This document shows positions 38,264 to 49,457 of a DNA stretch of 64,000 nt, piece by piece (position 1 is the first letter of the stretch; every line of letters starts with the position of its first letter). The DNA is from Chloroflexota bacterium (lineage in GTDB: Bacteria > Chloroflexota > UBA11872 > VXOZ01). Location: the NCBI GenBank assembly GCA_965221905.1, contig OZ244922.1:2880001-2944000 (forward strand), read 5' to 3'. The translations under genes were made by a program, and so were the position numbers. Under the pieces are notes generated by a model. That model ran no database searches. It worked only from the letters and a program-made list of their open reading frames with translations, and was not told the origin of the DNA.

Positions 38264-39301
38264 ATGGACCTTTTGAAGCGGCTTTGCGAAACACCAGGCA
38301 TTGCCAGTCGCGAAGAGCCGATACGAAGTGTAATCTGCGAGGAGTTGGGACCGCTCGTTACAACGACCAAGGTTGACGCCCTGGGCAGCGTAATTGCCTA
38401 CCGCAAGGGGCAGGGCGGACCCAAAGTCATGATCGCTGCCCATATGGACCAGATTGGCTTCATGGCGCGCCACGTGGACGAGAATGGCTTCATCCGTTTG
38501 CAGCCCGTTGGCGGCTTCGATCCCCGCACGCTCGTAGCGCAGCGGGTGCGCGTTCACGGCAAGGAAGAACTGACGGGCGTACTCATGCCCGCTACCAAAC
38601 CGACGCACCTGCTGGACGATTCCGAGCGGGGCAAGGCGTTGAAATTGGATGACCTCTTCGTTGACGTGGGGCTCTCCGGCGAACGCACGAAAGAGCTCGT
38701 TCCCCTTGGCACTCCCATTACGTTCGACCGCCCATGCATTGATCTTGGTGACGTGCTAGTGTCTCCGGCCATGGACGACCGGGTCAGCGTTTACGTCATG
38801 ATCGAGGCCATTCGCGGCCTGACCGATCATGTCGCAGAGGTCTACGCCGTTGCTTCCACCCAGGAAGAGGTCGGTCTGCGCGGCGCGACGGTCGCGGCCT
38901 TTGGCGTCGAACCCGACGTCGGCTTGGCGCTTGACTCCACCTTGGCCGTAGACATACCCGGTAGCACGGAAGCGGATCGCGTCTCGAAACTCGGCGACGG
39001 CACGGCAATCAAGATCATGGATTCTTCGCTCATCTGCGACCCGCGCCTTGTAGAACACTCCCGCAAGATTTGCGATGCCGGTGACATCCCCTACCAGATG
39101 GAGATCTTGCCGCGGGGCGGCACCGACGGCGGGGCAATTCAACGCACGCGCGACGGCGTGCCGGCGATTACGATCTCAACCCCGACGCGCTACGTGCACA
39201 CAGTCAACGAAATGGTAAACAAAAAGGACGTAGCGGCTACGGTTGATCTCGTACGGCGCTTCATCGAAACCGCCCATGAAATCGATCTCTCTTGGGACTA
39301 A
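38264..39301 (+). CDS. M42 family metallo-aminopeptidase
   Basis: AAHMDQIG, MDDR, QEEVGLRGA, GGTDG, RYVHT; AGGAG RBS before ATG 38264. Confidence 0.92.
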   Translation: MDLLKRLCETPGIASREEPIRSVICEELGPLVTTTKVDALGSVIAYRKGQGGPKVMIAAHMDQIGFMARHVDENGFIRLQPVGGFDPRTLVAQRVRVHGKEELTGVLMPATKPTHLLDDSERGKALKLDDLFVDVGLSGERTKELVPLGTPITFDRPCIDLGDVLVSPAMDDRVSVYVMIEAIRGLTDHVAEVYAVASTQEEVGLRGATVAAFGVEPDVGLALDSTLAVDIPGSTEADRVSKLGDGTAIKIMDSSLICDPRLVEHSRKICDAGDIPYQMEILPRGGTDGGAIQRTRDGVPAITISTPTRYVHTVNEMVNKKDVAATVDLVRRFIETAHEIDLSWD

Positions 39302-39472
39302 TCCTGCCATTCGCTCCGCAAGCATGAGTGTACAAGCGTGGACAAGCTCCCGGCTCCGATCCACGATGCGCTCCGGGCTTGATCGCACAGCATTCATCCC
39401 GGCGCGGAACCCGCCTGGTACTTGATGCGGAACCGGAATCCGATTGTGCCAAACTCCCATGCACGGGCACAC

Positions 39473-39517
39473 AAAACGTTACGCCTGTGGGTGGAATGCC
39501 CACAGGCGTAACGTTTT
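39473..39517. terminator. Bidirectional intrinsic terminator
   Basis: AAAACGTTACGCCTGTGGG...CCCACAGGCGTAACGTTTT between convergent genes. Confidence 0.75.
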
Positions 39518-39554
39518 CGCTATCGCTAGGTAAGACGTTGCGAGCGCCGCGCGC

Positions 39555-40091
39555 CTACTTCACGTCCGCCGAAAAGAGAAAGTCATTGTCGCTCACGTCG
39601 CCGTGGCACTCGGTGCAGCCCTGGACTTTGCCCTCGGCCTCTATCATGCCGTCGGCCGTATATTTCAGGAAGAACCACCCGTTCGCATCCGCATTCTCGA
39701 AGCTAGCGGGCTTATACATCACCGTAACGGCGGCCAGCGTACCGTCGGGCATGTAATTCTCTTTGACGACCATACCGCCAACGGGAATACTCCCCGCCTT
39801 GTCCTCAATCGCCTGCATAGCGATCGCGTTGAAGTACGTGCTCAGCAAAGCGCCGTGCGGATCCTGCCCGGTATACAAGGGCTCTACTCCGGGCAGATGC
39901 TGCCAGGCATTCTGATAGTCGGCTGCCCCAAGATAGTCCATGATGGCAGCTCCATCGGCAGCCGGGGCCTCAGCACCCATATCCTCGGACTCTTCGGCGA
40001 CTGCGCATCCCGCCAGTAGCACCATCGACCCCAAGAGTGCGACACTGAGCATCACGAAAATCCTGCGCAGTAGAGAAAATCTACAAGACAC
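39555..40091 (-). CDS. Cytochrome P460 / c'-beta family lipoprotein
   Basis: LAGC lipobox; PVGGMVVKE, VMYK, GWFF, C-terminal CTECH heme motif then DFLFS; AGGAGG RBS. Confidence 0.82.
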   Translation of the reverse strand: MSCRFSLLRRIFVMLSVALLGSMVLLAGCAVAEESEDMGAEAPAADGAAIMDYLGAADYQNAWQHLPGVEPLYTGQDPHGALLSTYFNAIAMQAIEDKAGSIPVGGMVVKENYMPDGTLAAVTVMYKPASFENADANGWFFLKYTADGMIEAEGKVQGCTECHGDVSDNDFLFSADVK

Positions 40092-40196
40092 ACTGGCCTC
40101 CTATTTAAACTGCGAATACAGAGAGTTGTGTATGATGATACGTAGTTGCATAAGGCAATTCTGTTGGCTGGACGACATTGACGAGAGGAGAATTAC

Positions 40197-40927
40197 GTGA
40201 GCGCGCTGAGCAATCTGCTCCCGACCAAGAAACGCCGCCCTATCCTCAGCAAGGACGAGCGCACAGCCCTCCTCATGCGGCATCTCATTCACGTAGAACT
40301 CTTTCGTGATCTGACGAAAGCAGAGATGGAGCGCCTCTTCGGCCACTTGCCCATGTACTCCTTTCCCAAAGACACACTTGTCTATGCTCCCGATGACCGC
40401 AGCGAGAATCTCTACATTCTCAAGATGGGAGCCGTAGACATTTACCGTCTTAGCGAAGAAGGCAAACGCCTGAGCATCCGCCGGGTATTCATGGGTAGTG
40501 TGTTCGGCGAAATGGGACTGCTGGGGCAGTCGATGCACGGCTGCTTTGCCGAGACGGTCGCGCCCAGCCTCGTGTGCGTGATGACGCGAGCTGAAATGGA
40601 AAGCCTCTTAAGCCAACGACCCGATGTCGGCTTGCGCTTCTACAAGGTAATTGGGGACCGGCTCAAGGCGCTCGAGGATCAATTGGCGCGACTTGCGTTC
40701 AGTCCGGTTCGCGCTCGTGTGGCGACCTTTCTCCTCACACACGTAGACCCTGCCAACAAGGAAGTGCGCGGGTTCACACACGAAGAGATTGGCGATAGTA
40801 TTGGGGCATTGCGCTCCACAGTCACACAAACCCTAGGGGATATGGCCCGAGTTGGCGTGCTTGAGGTTAAGCACAAGTGCATCCACGTGCGTGACTTGCA
40901 GGAACTTGCTGTTTTCGTAAGGGAGTA

Positions 40928-40928
<1 letters not shown>
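40197..40928 (+). CDS. Crp/Fnr family transcriptional regulator
   Basis: cNMP-like domain ([17 protein letters not shown]) and [20 protein letters not shown]. Confidence 0.9.
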
Positions 40929-41671
<743 letters not shown>

Positions 41672-41710
41672 CCGTTCGGTGGTATGAGGCTCGGTGCGTT
41701 TGAATACAAA

Positions 41711-41740
41711 AGTAGGGGCGGTTCGCGAACCGCCCCTACT
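41711..41740. repeat. REP-like palindrome (GTAG-type)
   Basis: Perfect 30 bp palindrome AGTAGGGGCGGTTCGCGAACCGCCCCTACT between convergent genes. Confidence 0.75.
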
Positions 41741-41796
41741 GTTTAACGTGTCGAAACGAAAATTGCTCCTCACGCCGCATCCGTACTAACACGCAC

Positions 41797-43269
41797 TCAC
41801 TGGCGCAGCATTTCCTGCATGGCAATCGACACTTGCTGAGCCGCGTCAGCCACGCTTCTCTCGCCGCTCAAAATCGGCGTCATGAGATGCTGCTGGAACA
41901 AAGACTGCAAGTGAGGCGCAAGGAGAGGCGGCACACCGCGACTATAGCCGAGGGCATTTGAGATTGTCGTTGCATCTTCAATCGTCAAGCTCGGCCTCAC
42001 CTGTTTGATGCGCTCGCCGGAGACGTTATACACCGGATAGCCGAAGAAAGTGACGGGAAGCTGGGAGAGTTCCCGTGCCAGCACCACCGCCGCCTGTGCT
42101 GCCAGGCCGGTATCTTTTGCTTGCGTGCCCACGCCCAATCCCGCAACCGGCGATACCCACGTGGCCTGGCGTGTATCGACCGGCAGTGCGGCAGCGCGAA
42201 TCTGTTCCGCACCCAGTCCCTGTCCGCCGCCGGAACGTACGGCGGTAGCCAAGCGCGCCGTATCGCTGGGCTGTCCACCACCGCGGCCTTGGCCCGGCAT
42301 TTGGTCGAACGAAACCACTTGCATGCCGTTGCGGTTCGAGCGCACGAAGGAAAAGGTGCCTGCGGGCGGATTCGGGGCAATTTGGTGAAACGTCATCATG
42401 TCGCGCCATAGCTCAATGCCCCTAATTGCCTCCGGTTCGGCAAGACGCACGGCGCCGTTTTCAGCACTGAATACCTCACCGCCGTGACTCCAAATCAAGC
42501 TCAGCAACATCGGCACAGAGGCATGGGCATACGTGCCCCACTGCGTTCCCGAATCGTCAGCATACGTCAAGCGCTTCCCCGCTTCGATCATTTCGGTCCA
42601 GCTCCACGATTCGCTAGGCGCAGCAACACCGGCATTCGCAAAGAGATCGGTGTCATAGGTAAGCGTGTTGATGGAACTAGAGAGCGGCAAGACGAGAACT
42701 TGGCCCTGCCACGTCACCGCCTCCAACGCGCCGGGGGCAAAAGCGGAGAGATCGATGCTGCCGTCTACACGAGTAGCCTGCTCGAAAGGCTCGATGATGC
42801 CCTCAGCATAGAGCAGTGGAAGTTCGTCCATATTGCTGATCATCAAAATGTCTGGCAGCGGATCGCCGCTTGCCAACTGTCCGCTTGCCGCCGCCTCGTT
42901 CAGCGTGTCGGCTATCGGACTGAAAGGGGTTGGCGTGGGCTCCGCGTTTGTGTTGGCTGTGCCAAAGAATGCAGCAAAATTGAAGGCGGGCCCCGGCGGC
43001 ACCACGGTTAGGTTCACCTCCATCCGGAAGCCGAGACTCTGTTCGTTTATTTCGTTGGCGGCGGTCTTGAGGCTGGCAAGGATGTTGCCGGCCTGCGCTG
43101 CTTGGAAATTGGCCCCTTCCCCCTGTGGGAGGAAAACCGCTACGTTTACTGTCTTATCGCCGGAGTCCCCGCCAACCAGGTCGCTAAAAAAACCACAACC
43201 GGATGCAAGACTTGCCGCTAGCGGCACGCCCCCGATCAACCCTAGAAACGAACGACGCGACATTCCCAT
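41797..43269 (-). CDS. Extracellular solute-binding lipoprotein, Tat signal (divergent)
   Basis: SRRSFL plus ASGC lipobox; YDTDLFANAGV, WSWTEM, GKRLT. Confidence 0.78.
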   Translation of the reverse strand: MGMSRRSFLGLIGGVPLAASLASGCGFFSDLVGGDSGDKTVNVAVFLPQGEGANFQAAQAGNILASLKTAANEINEQSLGFRMEVNLTVVPPGPAFNFAAFFGTANTNAEPTPTPFSPIADTLNEAAASGQLASGDPLPDILMISNMDELPLLYAEGIIEPFEQATRVDGSIDLSAFAPGALEAVTWQGQVLVLPLSSSINTLTYDTDLFANAGVAAPSESWSWTEMIEAGKRLTYADDSGTQWGTYAHASVPMLLSLIWSHGGEVFSAENGAVRLAEPEAIRGIELWRDMMTFHQIAPNPPAGTFSFVRSNRNGMQVVSFDQMPGQGRGGGQPSDTARLATAVRSGGGQGLGAEQIRAAALPVDTRQATWVSPVAGLGVGTQAKDTGLAAQAAVVLARELSQLPVTFFGYPVYNVSGERIKQVRPSLTIEDATTISNALGYSRGVPPLLAPHLQSLFQQHLMTPILSGERSVADAAQQVSIAMQEMLRQ

Positions 43270-43820
43270 TGCTAACCTCTCCTTGTGGGCCCCGCAGGAC
43301 CCAATCTGAAGTTTGCCACTAACCATTCACTTCTGCGGAATTTGCATGAGTGCTTTAGTCTATTCTGGCGCGGACGCAGTCTCTTTACGTCTACGCCAAA
43401 GATTTCTTAGCACATTATAGACGATTCGGTGTTGACAATCGAGACTTCAGTATCTCCAAGATATTGGTGATGCCGAACATGTAACAAGCTCAACGGCCAA
43501 AGCGCACGGCACTCTCATACTGACCCATGCTAATGGGTGATTGTCAAGAGAATGTGAAGAAATGACAACGAGAGGAAAGTTGGGAACCGCTTACGCAAAC
43601 TGTTCGCTTGCATGAGAAAGCACGCCGCGATGAACCAGCTTACGGCTTTGCCGGCGCAGCGACATGCAACCGCCACGCGAAATAACTCCACTCGCGGCGG
43701 GCCGCGCAATTGTTCGGTCAGAGCTTCAGGGGCAGCCTTCGCAGCCTCGCCACAGCACATTATTCAGCACCATCTCAATCGACCCGGCAGGGAACGAAGA
43801 GCAAGTGCCACGCACAGCAA

Positions 43821-43881
43821 GACCGTTCATGGTTCGACAGAGCCTGCACTGAGCTTGTCGAAGTGCTCACCACGAACGGTC
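43821..43881. repeat. CTTCGACA-GCTCA family palindromic repeat with a nested inverted unit
   Basis: GACCGTTCATGGTTCGACAG[AGCCTGCACTGAGCTTGTCGAAGT]GCTCACCACGAACGGTC. Confidence 0.7.
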
Positions 43882-43924
43882 TGCGGGCTGAAAATCTCTT
43901 CACAAGGGCCCCTGGACCGGAAAT

Positions 43925-44905
43925 CTAAAGAGGCAGAGAGATATCTCCACCTTGCTCAGCCGATTGGAACGTCGCCAGACACACTTCCAGGGCGCGGCGA
44001 CCGTCGTGGCCGTCGGGCATGGGCGGCGTGCCGTTGCGCGCAGAATCGTAGAAGGCGGCGAGTTGGTTGCGCATCCCCACACTGTGGCCTTCAACCTCGA
44101 TTTCCTCGCGCTTGCCGTCGTGGGTCACTAAGAGCGGACCGGAGTGCCTGCTGAGGTGAATTGCGCCCTTGGTGCCGGCAATGCCGAAGTTCGACGCCCC
44201 CGCCGGGTAGATCTGGCTGCTGTGCAGTGAACCAATGGCGCCATTCTCATAATTCAACGTCGTAATGAAGGTATCCTCGACGTCGGTATTGGCAAACGTG
44301 CCGAACGTGGCGTTACCGTGCACCGAAGCAACGGGACCGCCCATCCAGAGGAGCAAATCGAGCTCGTGCACGGACGACGACCACGTGCCGCCGACCGTCT
44401 CGCGCTTCAACCGCCACTCGCCGACGCCAAACGGGGGCCGTCCGCTCAATCGCGTCGACCACGCCAGCTTCAGATCACCGATGTCGCCGTTCTCCAATCG
44501 CTTATGCACTTCGACGTAGGTCGGCCAATACCGCATGACGAAGCCAAGCATGAGGGGCACGCCGTTCTTGTCTGTGGCTTCAATCATGGCATCGCAATCG
44601 TCGAGTTTCAGCGCCATAGGCTTCTCGCAAAATACGGCAATGCCGGCGTTGGCCGCGTCGACGCAGATTTCCCGATGCGTCCACGTGGGTGTTACAACCA
44701 AGACGGCATCCAGTTTCTCGTCCAAGAGATCTCCGTGGTTTGTAAACGCCTTGACGCCAAGTTCATCGGCCACCGCTTGGGCGGACTCGATGTTCACGTC
44801 CACTACACCGACCAACTCGATGCCTTCCATCTCATGCGAGATTTTCGCTTCGCTTGGCCCAAGTCCCCCGCACCCGATGACACCGGTACGCAACGTTTTC
44901 GCCAT
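43925..44905 (-). CDS. Gfo/Idh/MocA family oxidoreductase
   Basis: GVIGCGGLG, VFCEKPMA, HELDLLLW, VED. Confidence 0.9.
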   Translation of the reverse strand: MAKTLRTGVIGCGGLGPSEAKISHEMEGIELVGVVDVNIESAQAVADELGVKAFTNHGDLLDEKLDAVLVVTPTWTHREICVDAANAGIAVFCEKPMALKLDDCDAMIEATDKNGVPLMLGFVMRYWPTYVEVHKRLENGDIGDLKLAWSTRLSGRPPFGVGEWRLKRETVGGTWSSSVHELDLLLWMGGPVASVHGNATFGTFANTDVEDTFITTLNYENGAIGSLHSSQIYPAGASNFGIAGTKGAIHLSRHSGPLLVTHDGKREEIEVEGHSVGMRNQLAAFYDSARNGTPPMPDGHDGRRALEVCLATFQSAEQGGDISLPL

Positions 44906-45107
44906 GGTCGAAACCTCCTTGTCGCTTACTAGCCTAAGACACATCCGTTTGCATCACGCGGATTTGGACATAATGATAGCAGCTAGCTTGCCCGATGGGA
45001 ACTGTGCGGCCGGTCGGGCGCCATCACGGTGTTGGAAGTGCCGCGCGCGTGCAAGTCTGGCTACAATAGAGCCATGGTTGTCTTGGTTATTCGCATAGGA
45101 GAACACA

Positions 45108-46151
45108 ATGGCGGAAAAGTTTCGCGTTGGCATTATTGGTTGCGGTTGGATGGGCAAGTCGCACGCGCAGGCGTATGCCGAGCTTGATAACGTACAAATG
45201 GCGGCCGCATCAGACACCCATTCCAAGTCTCTGGCGGAGTTGCAAAGCGAACACGGCATTCCCAGCGGCTATGCCGACTATCACGACATGCTGGCCAAAG
45301 AAGACTTGGACATCGTCAGCGTCTGCTCGTGGCCGGGACTGCATGCCCCGATGACGATTGCCGCCGCCGAGGCCAAGGTGCCCGGCATTATCTGCGAGAA
45401 GCCTATGACGCGCACACTGGCCGAGGCAGACGCGATGATTGCGGCCGCCGAGCAGCACGGTTCCAAGCTCGTGATCGGACACCAGGGACGCTTTCGCAAG
45501 CAGACGAACGCCATGCGCAGCCTCATCGCCGACGGCGCTATCGGCCGGGTGGAGATGCTCTACATTCAGCAAGCTGGCGGGCTCACGAATAGCTCGATTC
45601 ACAACGTGGACTATGCGCGCTACATTCTCGGCGATCCCAAAGTGGACTGGGTGATGGGTTCGGTTGAACGCCGCACCGACCGCTATGAGCGCGCCCAGCG
45701 CATCGAGGACCGCGCCCAAGCCCTCATCGGTTTTGAGGGCGGCGTGCGGGGCGTGTTGGAATCGGATATTGGTGACGACCGGCGGGTGCAGCCCTGCGTC
45801 GTCTACGGCTCTCACGGCAGCATCTTTCCCGGGAGCAAAGGCATACGGGTGCTGGACTCCAAAGGGATCACTGAGGTCTCGTTCAATGAGCCGAATACAC
45901 AGGCGCTTCAGGCGCAAGAGTTGATCGAGTGGATCCAGGGGCGGCGCGAGCATCGCGGGCGTGCACACAACGGCCGCCAAGCATTGGAAGTGCTGCTGGC
46001 GATATCCGCCTCAACATACACGCGCGGCATTGTCCGTCTGCCGCTGGAAATCACGGATTACCCGCTGGGGCTTGCCGTAGATGAGGGCGTACTGCCGGTC
46101 GAACAGCCCGGTGCCTACGACATCCGGGGCTATCTGGTGCGAAAAGACTGA
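45108..46151 (+). CDS. Gfo/Idh/MocA family oxidoreductase
   Basis: GIIGCGWMG, ICEKPM, IHNVD. Confidence 0.9.
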   Translation: MAEKFRVGIIGCGWMGKSHAQAYAELDNVQMAAASDTHSKSLAELQSEHGIPSGYADYHDMLAKEDLDIVSVCSWPGLHAPMTIAAAEAKVPGIICEKPMTRTLAEADAMIAAAEQHGSKLVIGHQGRFRKQTNAMRSLIADGAIGRVEMLYIQQAGGLTNSSIHNVDYARYILGDPKVDWVMGSVERRTDRYERAQRIEDRAQALIGFEGGVRGVLESDIGDDRRVQPCVVYGSHGSIFPGSKGIRVLDSKGITEVSFNEPNTQALQAQELIEWIQGRREHRGRAHNGRQALEVLLAISASTYTRGIVRLPLEITDYPLGLAVDEGVLPVEQPGAYDIRGYLVRKD

Positions 46152-46244
46152 GCGGAGTACACTGTGGGAAAGGCGCAGACCCATAGACTGGATCTCCCAC
46201 CAATTGTGGTACATTGCAGTCTCACTTAAGGATGCCGACAGACC

Positions 46245-46269
46245 GGTAGCGCAGGTTTGTAACCTGCGG
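46245..46269. repeat. REP-like palindrome (GTAG-type)
   Basis: GGTAGCGCAGGTTTGTAACCTGCG. Confidence 0.6.
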
Positions 46270-46366
46270 CTCTTGGCAGCACTTTAATGAGAGGTATAAG
46301 ACCACACACTTAGGCACAACTGCCCGGTCGTTCATGACCTTGGGCGCAAAACAAGGAGCATTCGAC

Positions 46367-47413
46367 ATGGCGGTACAGAGCGCGCAGATACTGTCGCAGG
46401 ACGAGTTGGCGGCAAAACTTGTGGAGCAGCCTCGCGTTGAGCTAGGTACCTTTCCTACACCCCTAGACTCTTGTCCCCGGCTCTCCGAGGCCGTTGGCGG
46501 GCCGCCAATCTACATCAAGCGTGACGACCTCACGGGGCTGGCCCTGGGAGGCAACAAGACGCGGAATTTAGAGTTTCAAATTGGGTCAGCGCTGGCGCAA
46601 GGCTGCGATAGCGTAGTCGCCGGCGCCGATACCCAGTCGAACCAATGCCGTCAGGCCGCCGCGGCCTGCGCCAAGGTGGGGCTGGATTGCTTTCTCGTGC
46701 TCTCCGGCGGTCTCCACACGGAGGTTCAGGGCAACCTCCTGCTCGACCACATCTTTGGAGCGGACGTTACCGTGCTGGATGACGCGAACCTCGACAATCT
46801 GCAGGAGCAAATCGATCCCATCGAGGCGAATTTGCGCGCCCAGGGACGGAACCCGTACCGGATTACGAGCAAATATCCGGAACCGGCGCTGCGGGCGATG
46901 TGCGGCTACCTGAGTTGCGCTCTGGAGCTTTCGACACAGCTTCCGTCGCTCCCGCAACCGCCGAGCACTATTTTCATCACCTCCGGTTCCGGCACGACCC
47001 ACGCGGGCTTCGCTGCCGGTATCAAGGTGCTGGGATTGCCCATCAAGGTGATCGGCATCTCCATCAAGGAGCCCGCCGCCGAACAGCGCGAAAACGTAGC
47101 GGCACGCTCGCAAACGCTCGCGAAAGAGCTCGACATTCCCTGCGGCCTCTCAGTGGACGAGGTGCACGTATCGGGTGACTTTATCGGTGAGAAGTACGGC
47201 GTAGCGACACAGGATGGTATGGAAGCGCTGCGGCTCACGGCCCAGCAAGAGGGTATTCTGCTCGATCCGGTCTACACCGGCAAGACGATGTCCGGTGTCA
47301 TCGCCATGGCGCGCAGCGGCGGAGTCCCCGCCGATCAGCCGGTCGTCATGGTGCACACCGGCGGCATTCCGGCGCTCTTTGCCTACCACAACGAAGTCAA
47401 GGCTGCGCTGTAA
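46367..47413 (+). CDS. D-cysteine desulfhydrase family PLP enzyme
   Basis: IKRDDLTG, GGNKTR, QSN, SGSGTT, LLDPVYTGK, HTGG. Confidence 0.88.
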   Translation: MAVQSAQILSQDELAAKLVEQPRVELGTFPTPLDSCPRLSEAVGGPPIYIKRDDLTGLALGGNKTRNLEFQIGSALAQGCDSVVAGADTQSNQCRQAAAACAKVGLDCFLVLSGGLHTEVQGNLLLDHIFGADVTVLDDANLDNLQEQIDPIEANLRAQGRNPYRITSKYPEPALRAMCGYLSCALELSTQLPSLPQPPSTIFITSGSGTTHAGFAAGIKVLGLPIKVIGISIKEPAAEQRENVAARSQTLAKELDIPCGLSVDEVHVSGDFIGEKYGVATQDGMEALRLTAQQEGILLDPVYTGKTMSGVIAMARSGGVPADQPVVMVHTGGIPALFAYHNEVKAAL

Positions 47414-47508
47414 ACGGCTTGCACGTGTTCAGTCTCTGTGGGTTGCCCCTCTCTTCTCCTAGGGACAATTGTTGCGGAGAGGTGTTCCTTACAGATAGTG
47501 ATCGTGAC

Positions 47509-47601
47509 TTGCCTTGCCGCCCGCGACTGAGTATAATCGCACAGTTTCGCCATGATGAACATTGCATCTAGCTTGACTAGGCATTGTTACCCAAATACAA
47601 T
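47509..47601 (+). promoter_or_regulatory. Two tandem sigma70-type promoters upstream of a solute-binding protein gene
   Basis: TTGCCT-17-TATAAT (47509-47537) and TTGACT-17-TACAAT (47573-47601). Confidence 0.6.
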
Positions 47602-47698
47602 TCTGACAGTGTGAAAGCTAGGGTCACGCCTTTCGGGGTACTTGTGGATTGGCCATGAGGTCTCGTTGAAGGCGCAAAGCAGCAGGAGGTACTTCACG

Positions 47699-49111
47699 AT
47701 GAGGTTGGCACGTTCTATGAAAGTCACACGGCGCACGGCGCTCGCGGGCGTGGGGGCAGGCGCCCTTGGCGCGGTGATTGCCGCTGCGTGCGGACAGGCG
47801 ACGATGACGCCAGAGGAAGCACCGAAGGCTGAGATGAAGGAGGAAGCGCCCAAGGCCGAGGCTACGGCAATGCCGGAGGTCGAAACTACGACAATTTCCA
47901 TGATCTCGGCGGAGAAGCCGACCACTCGTCCCGTTCTGGAGCCGATCCTCGCCGATTTTACCGGGCAGATGCCGCACATTGCGGTTGACCTGGTGCCTTC
48001 CGGCGGCTGGGGCGAGGTGAGAACCAAGTTCTATGCGGCTCAAGCGGCCGGCGACCCGATCAACATCATGGAGAATGGCTGGAGCGCAGTTCTGACCACG
48101 TTTGAGACCGGCGTGACGATTGACCTCGCGCCATTCTTTACGCGGGACAAGATTGACCCGGAGGCTACCTTTGCCGCGCCGGCGATTGGCATGTGGACGG
48201 TTGAGGGTAAAATCCTCGGGATGCCGATCACCATGTCGGTGGATTCAATGGCCTATAACGTTGATCTCTTCGAGGCGAACGGTATCAATCCGCTGCCGGT
48301 GGACTTGGACGATACCGATTGGAATATGGAAACCTTCTTGGACTTGGCAACCAAGCTCACCAACGACGACCGCACGCAGTTCGGGCACGGCGGCGGCATT
48401 ACCTGCTCCAACGGCGGCGGTATTGGCACCGGCACCTATTGGGGGGCGGGCCCGTGGGACTCGGCAGCCGGCCGCGCAACCATAGACACGCCGGAATTCA
48501 TCGATGCCCTGGACTGGTGGCGCGATTTCGGCGACAGCCACCGCGTGACGCCAAACGCTGACGAGCGTGCAGGGGCCATGGGCGGCCAGAGCGGCAACGT
48601 CTTCATGTCCGGCAAAGTGGCGATGCAGCTTACGTGCACTTCGTTCCGGGATGCGCCCTTCCGTTGGGCCATAGGGACAATGCCGTACTCCGGCGAGGGG
48701 CAGAGTCAATCGGGACGAACGTGGACCCATCCGCTGCAGATGGCGGATGACGGCACCGATCAGAACGATCGCTCGTGGGACCTCTTCAAGTGGCTCCTCC
48801 AGCCCGAGAACGGCGGACGGTATCCGCCGTCTGCGGGCCACGTGGTCTCGCCGCTCCTCGATGACAACGCTTCCACGCTCGCGCAGGAAGGCTACAAAGA
48901 GAGCCTGGGCGTTGATCCCAGAGCGTTCTTGCTCCATTCACGCACGACGAAACCGGCCGGTTGGGGCCTCTGGACGTTTACCGAGTTCGGAGAAATTTCC
49001 GGCGATCTCAATGCTCGTTACCGCGACGAGTTCAATGCCGGCACGCTTACGGCGGCGGAGTATTCACGCTGGGCCGCTGATCTCATCAATGCGACCCTTG
49101 GTGGTAAGTAG
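47699..49111 (+). CDS. Extracellular solute-binding lipoprotein, Tat signal
   Basis: TRRTAL plus AAAC lipobox; YNVDLFEANG, KLT, FMSGKVAM; AGGAGG RBS. Confidence 0.85.
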   Translation: MRLARSMKVTRRTALAGVGAGALGAVIAAACGQATMTPEEAPKAEMKEEAPKAEATAMPEVETTTISMISAEKPTTRPVLEPILADFTGQMPHIAVDLVPSGGWGEVRTKFYAAQAAGDPINIMENGWSAVLTTFETGVTIDLAPFFTRDKIDPEATFAAPAIGMWTVEGKILGMPITMSVDSMAYNVDLFEANGINPLPVDLDDTDWNMETFLDLATKLTNDDRTQFGHGGGITCSNGGGIGTGTYWGAGPWDSAAGRATIDTPEFIDALDWWRDFGDSHRVTPNADERAGAMGGQSGNVFMSGKVAMQLTCTSFRDAPFRWAIGTMPYSGEGQSQSGRTWTHPLQMADDGTDQNDRSWDLFKWLLQPENGGRYPPSAGHVVSPLLDDNASTLAQEGYKESLGVDPRAFLLHSRTTKPAGWGLWTFTEFGEISGDLNARYRDEFNAGTLTAAEYSRWAADLINATLGGK

Positions 49112-49203
49112 TCGGATTCACCGTTAGCCAGGGCACCGAGTTTCGCTTCTCCAAAGCGTAGCTATAGGGCCTGGACGCGGGAATATTCGTCAAAGGGGCG
49201 ACG

Positions 49204-49434
49204 CGTAGGGGCACGATATATCGTGCCCCTACGTGATAGTTGAGGAAGACACTCCCCGTAATTCTCGCGGAAGCGGGAATCAATCTTAATGGTGCCCGGT
49301 TGTCTCATAACGGGGTGCAGCGAGAGTACACACAGGCTCTACAGTTTACGGATCGCTTTCCTATCCACGCGAGGAGCCATGCAACAATGAGCCCCTGCAA
49401 CCAATTGAGATTCCTTGCTTCCGCTCGGAATGAC
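49204..49434. repeat. Cluster of palindromic repeats
   Basis: CGTAGGGGCACGATATATCGTGCCCCTACG (49204), GTAATTCTCGCGGAAGCGGGAATC (~49258), GATTCCTTGCTTCCGCTCGGAATGAC (49409). Confidence 0.65.
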
Positions 49435-49457
49435 GGTACCGCTGAAGGAGAACTGGT

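Noticed and set aside
43270-43924. Small ORFs or promoter calls in the 650 bp gap
   Set aside because: ORFs lack RBS or motif support and run through a repeat; TTGACA and TATAAT hexamers are present but not at canonical spacing
46367-47413. ACC deaminase (acdS) call
   Set aside because: Has DPVYTGK and HTGG rather than the DPVYEGK and HLGG residues diagnostic of true ACC deaminases
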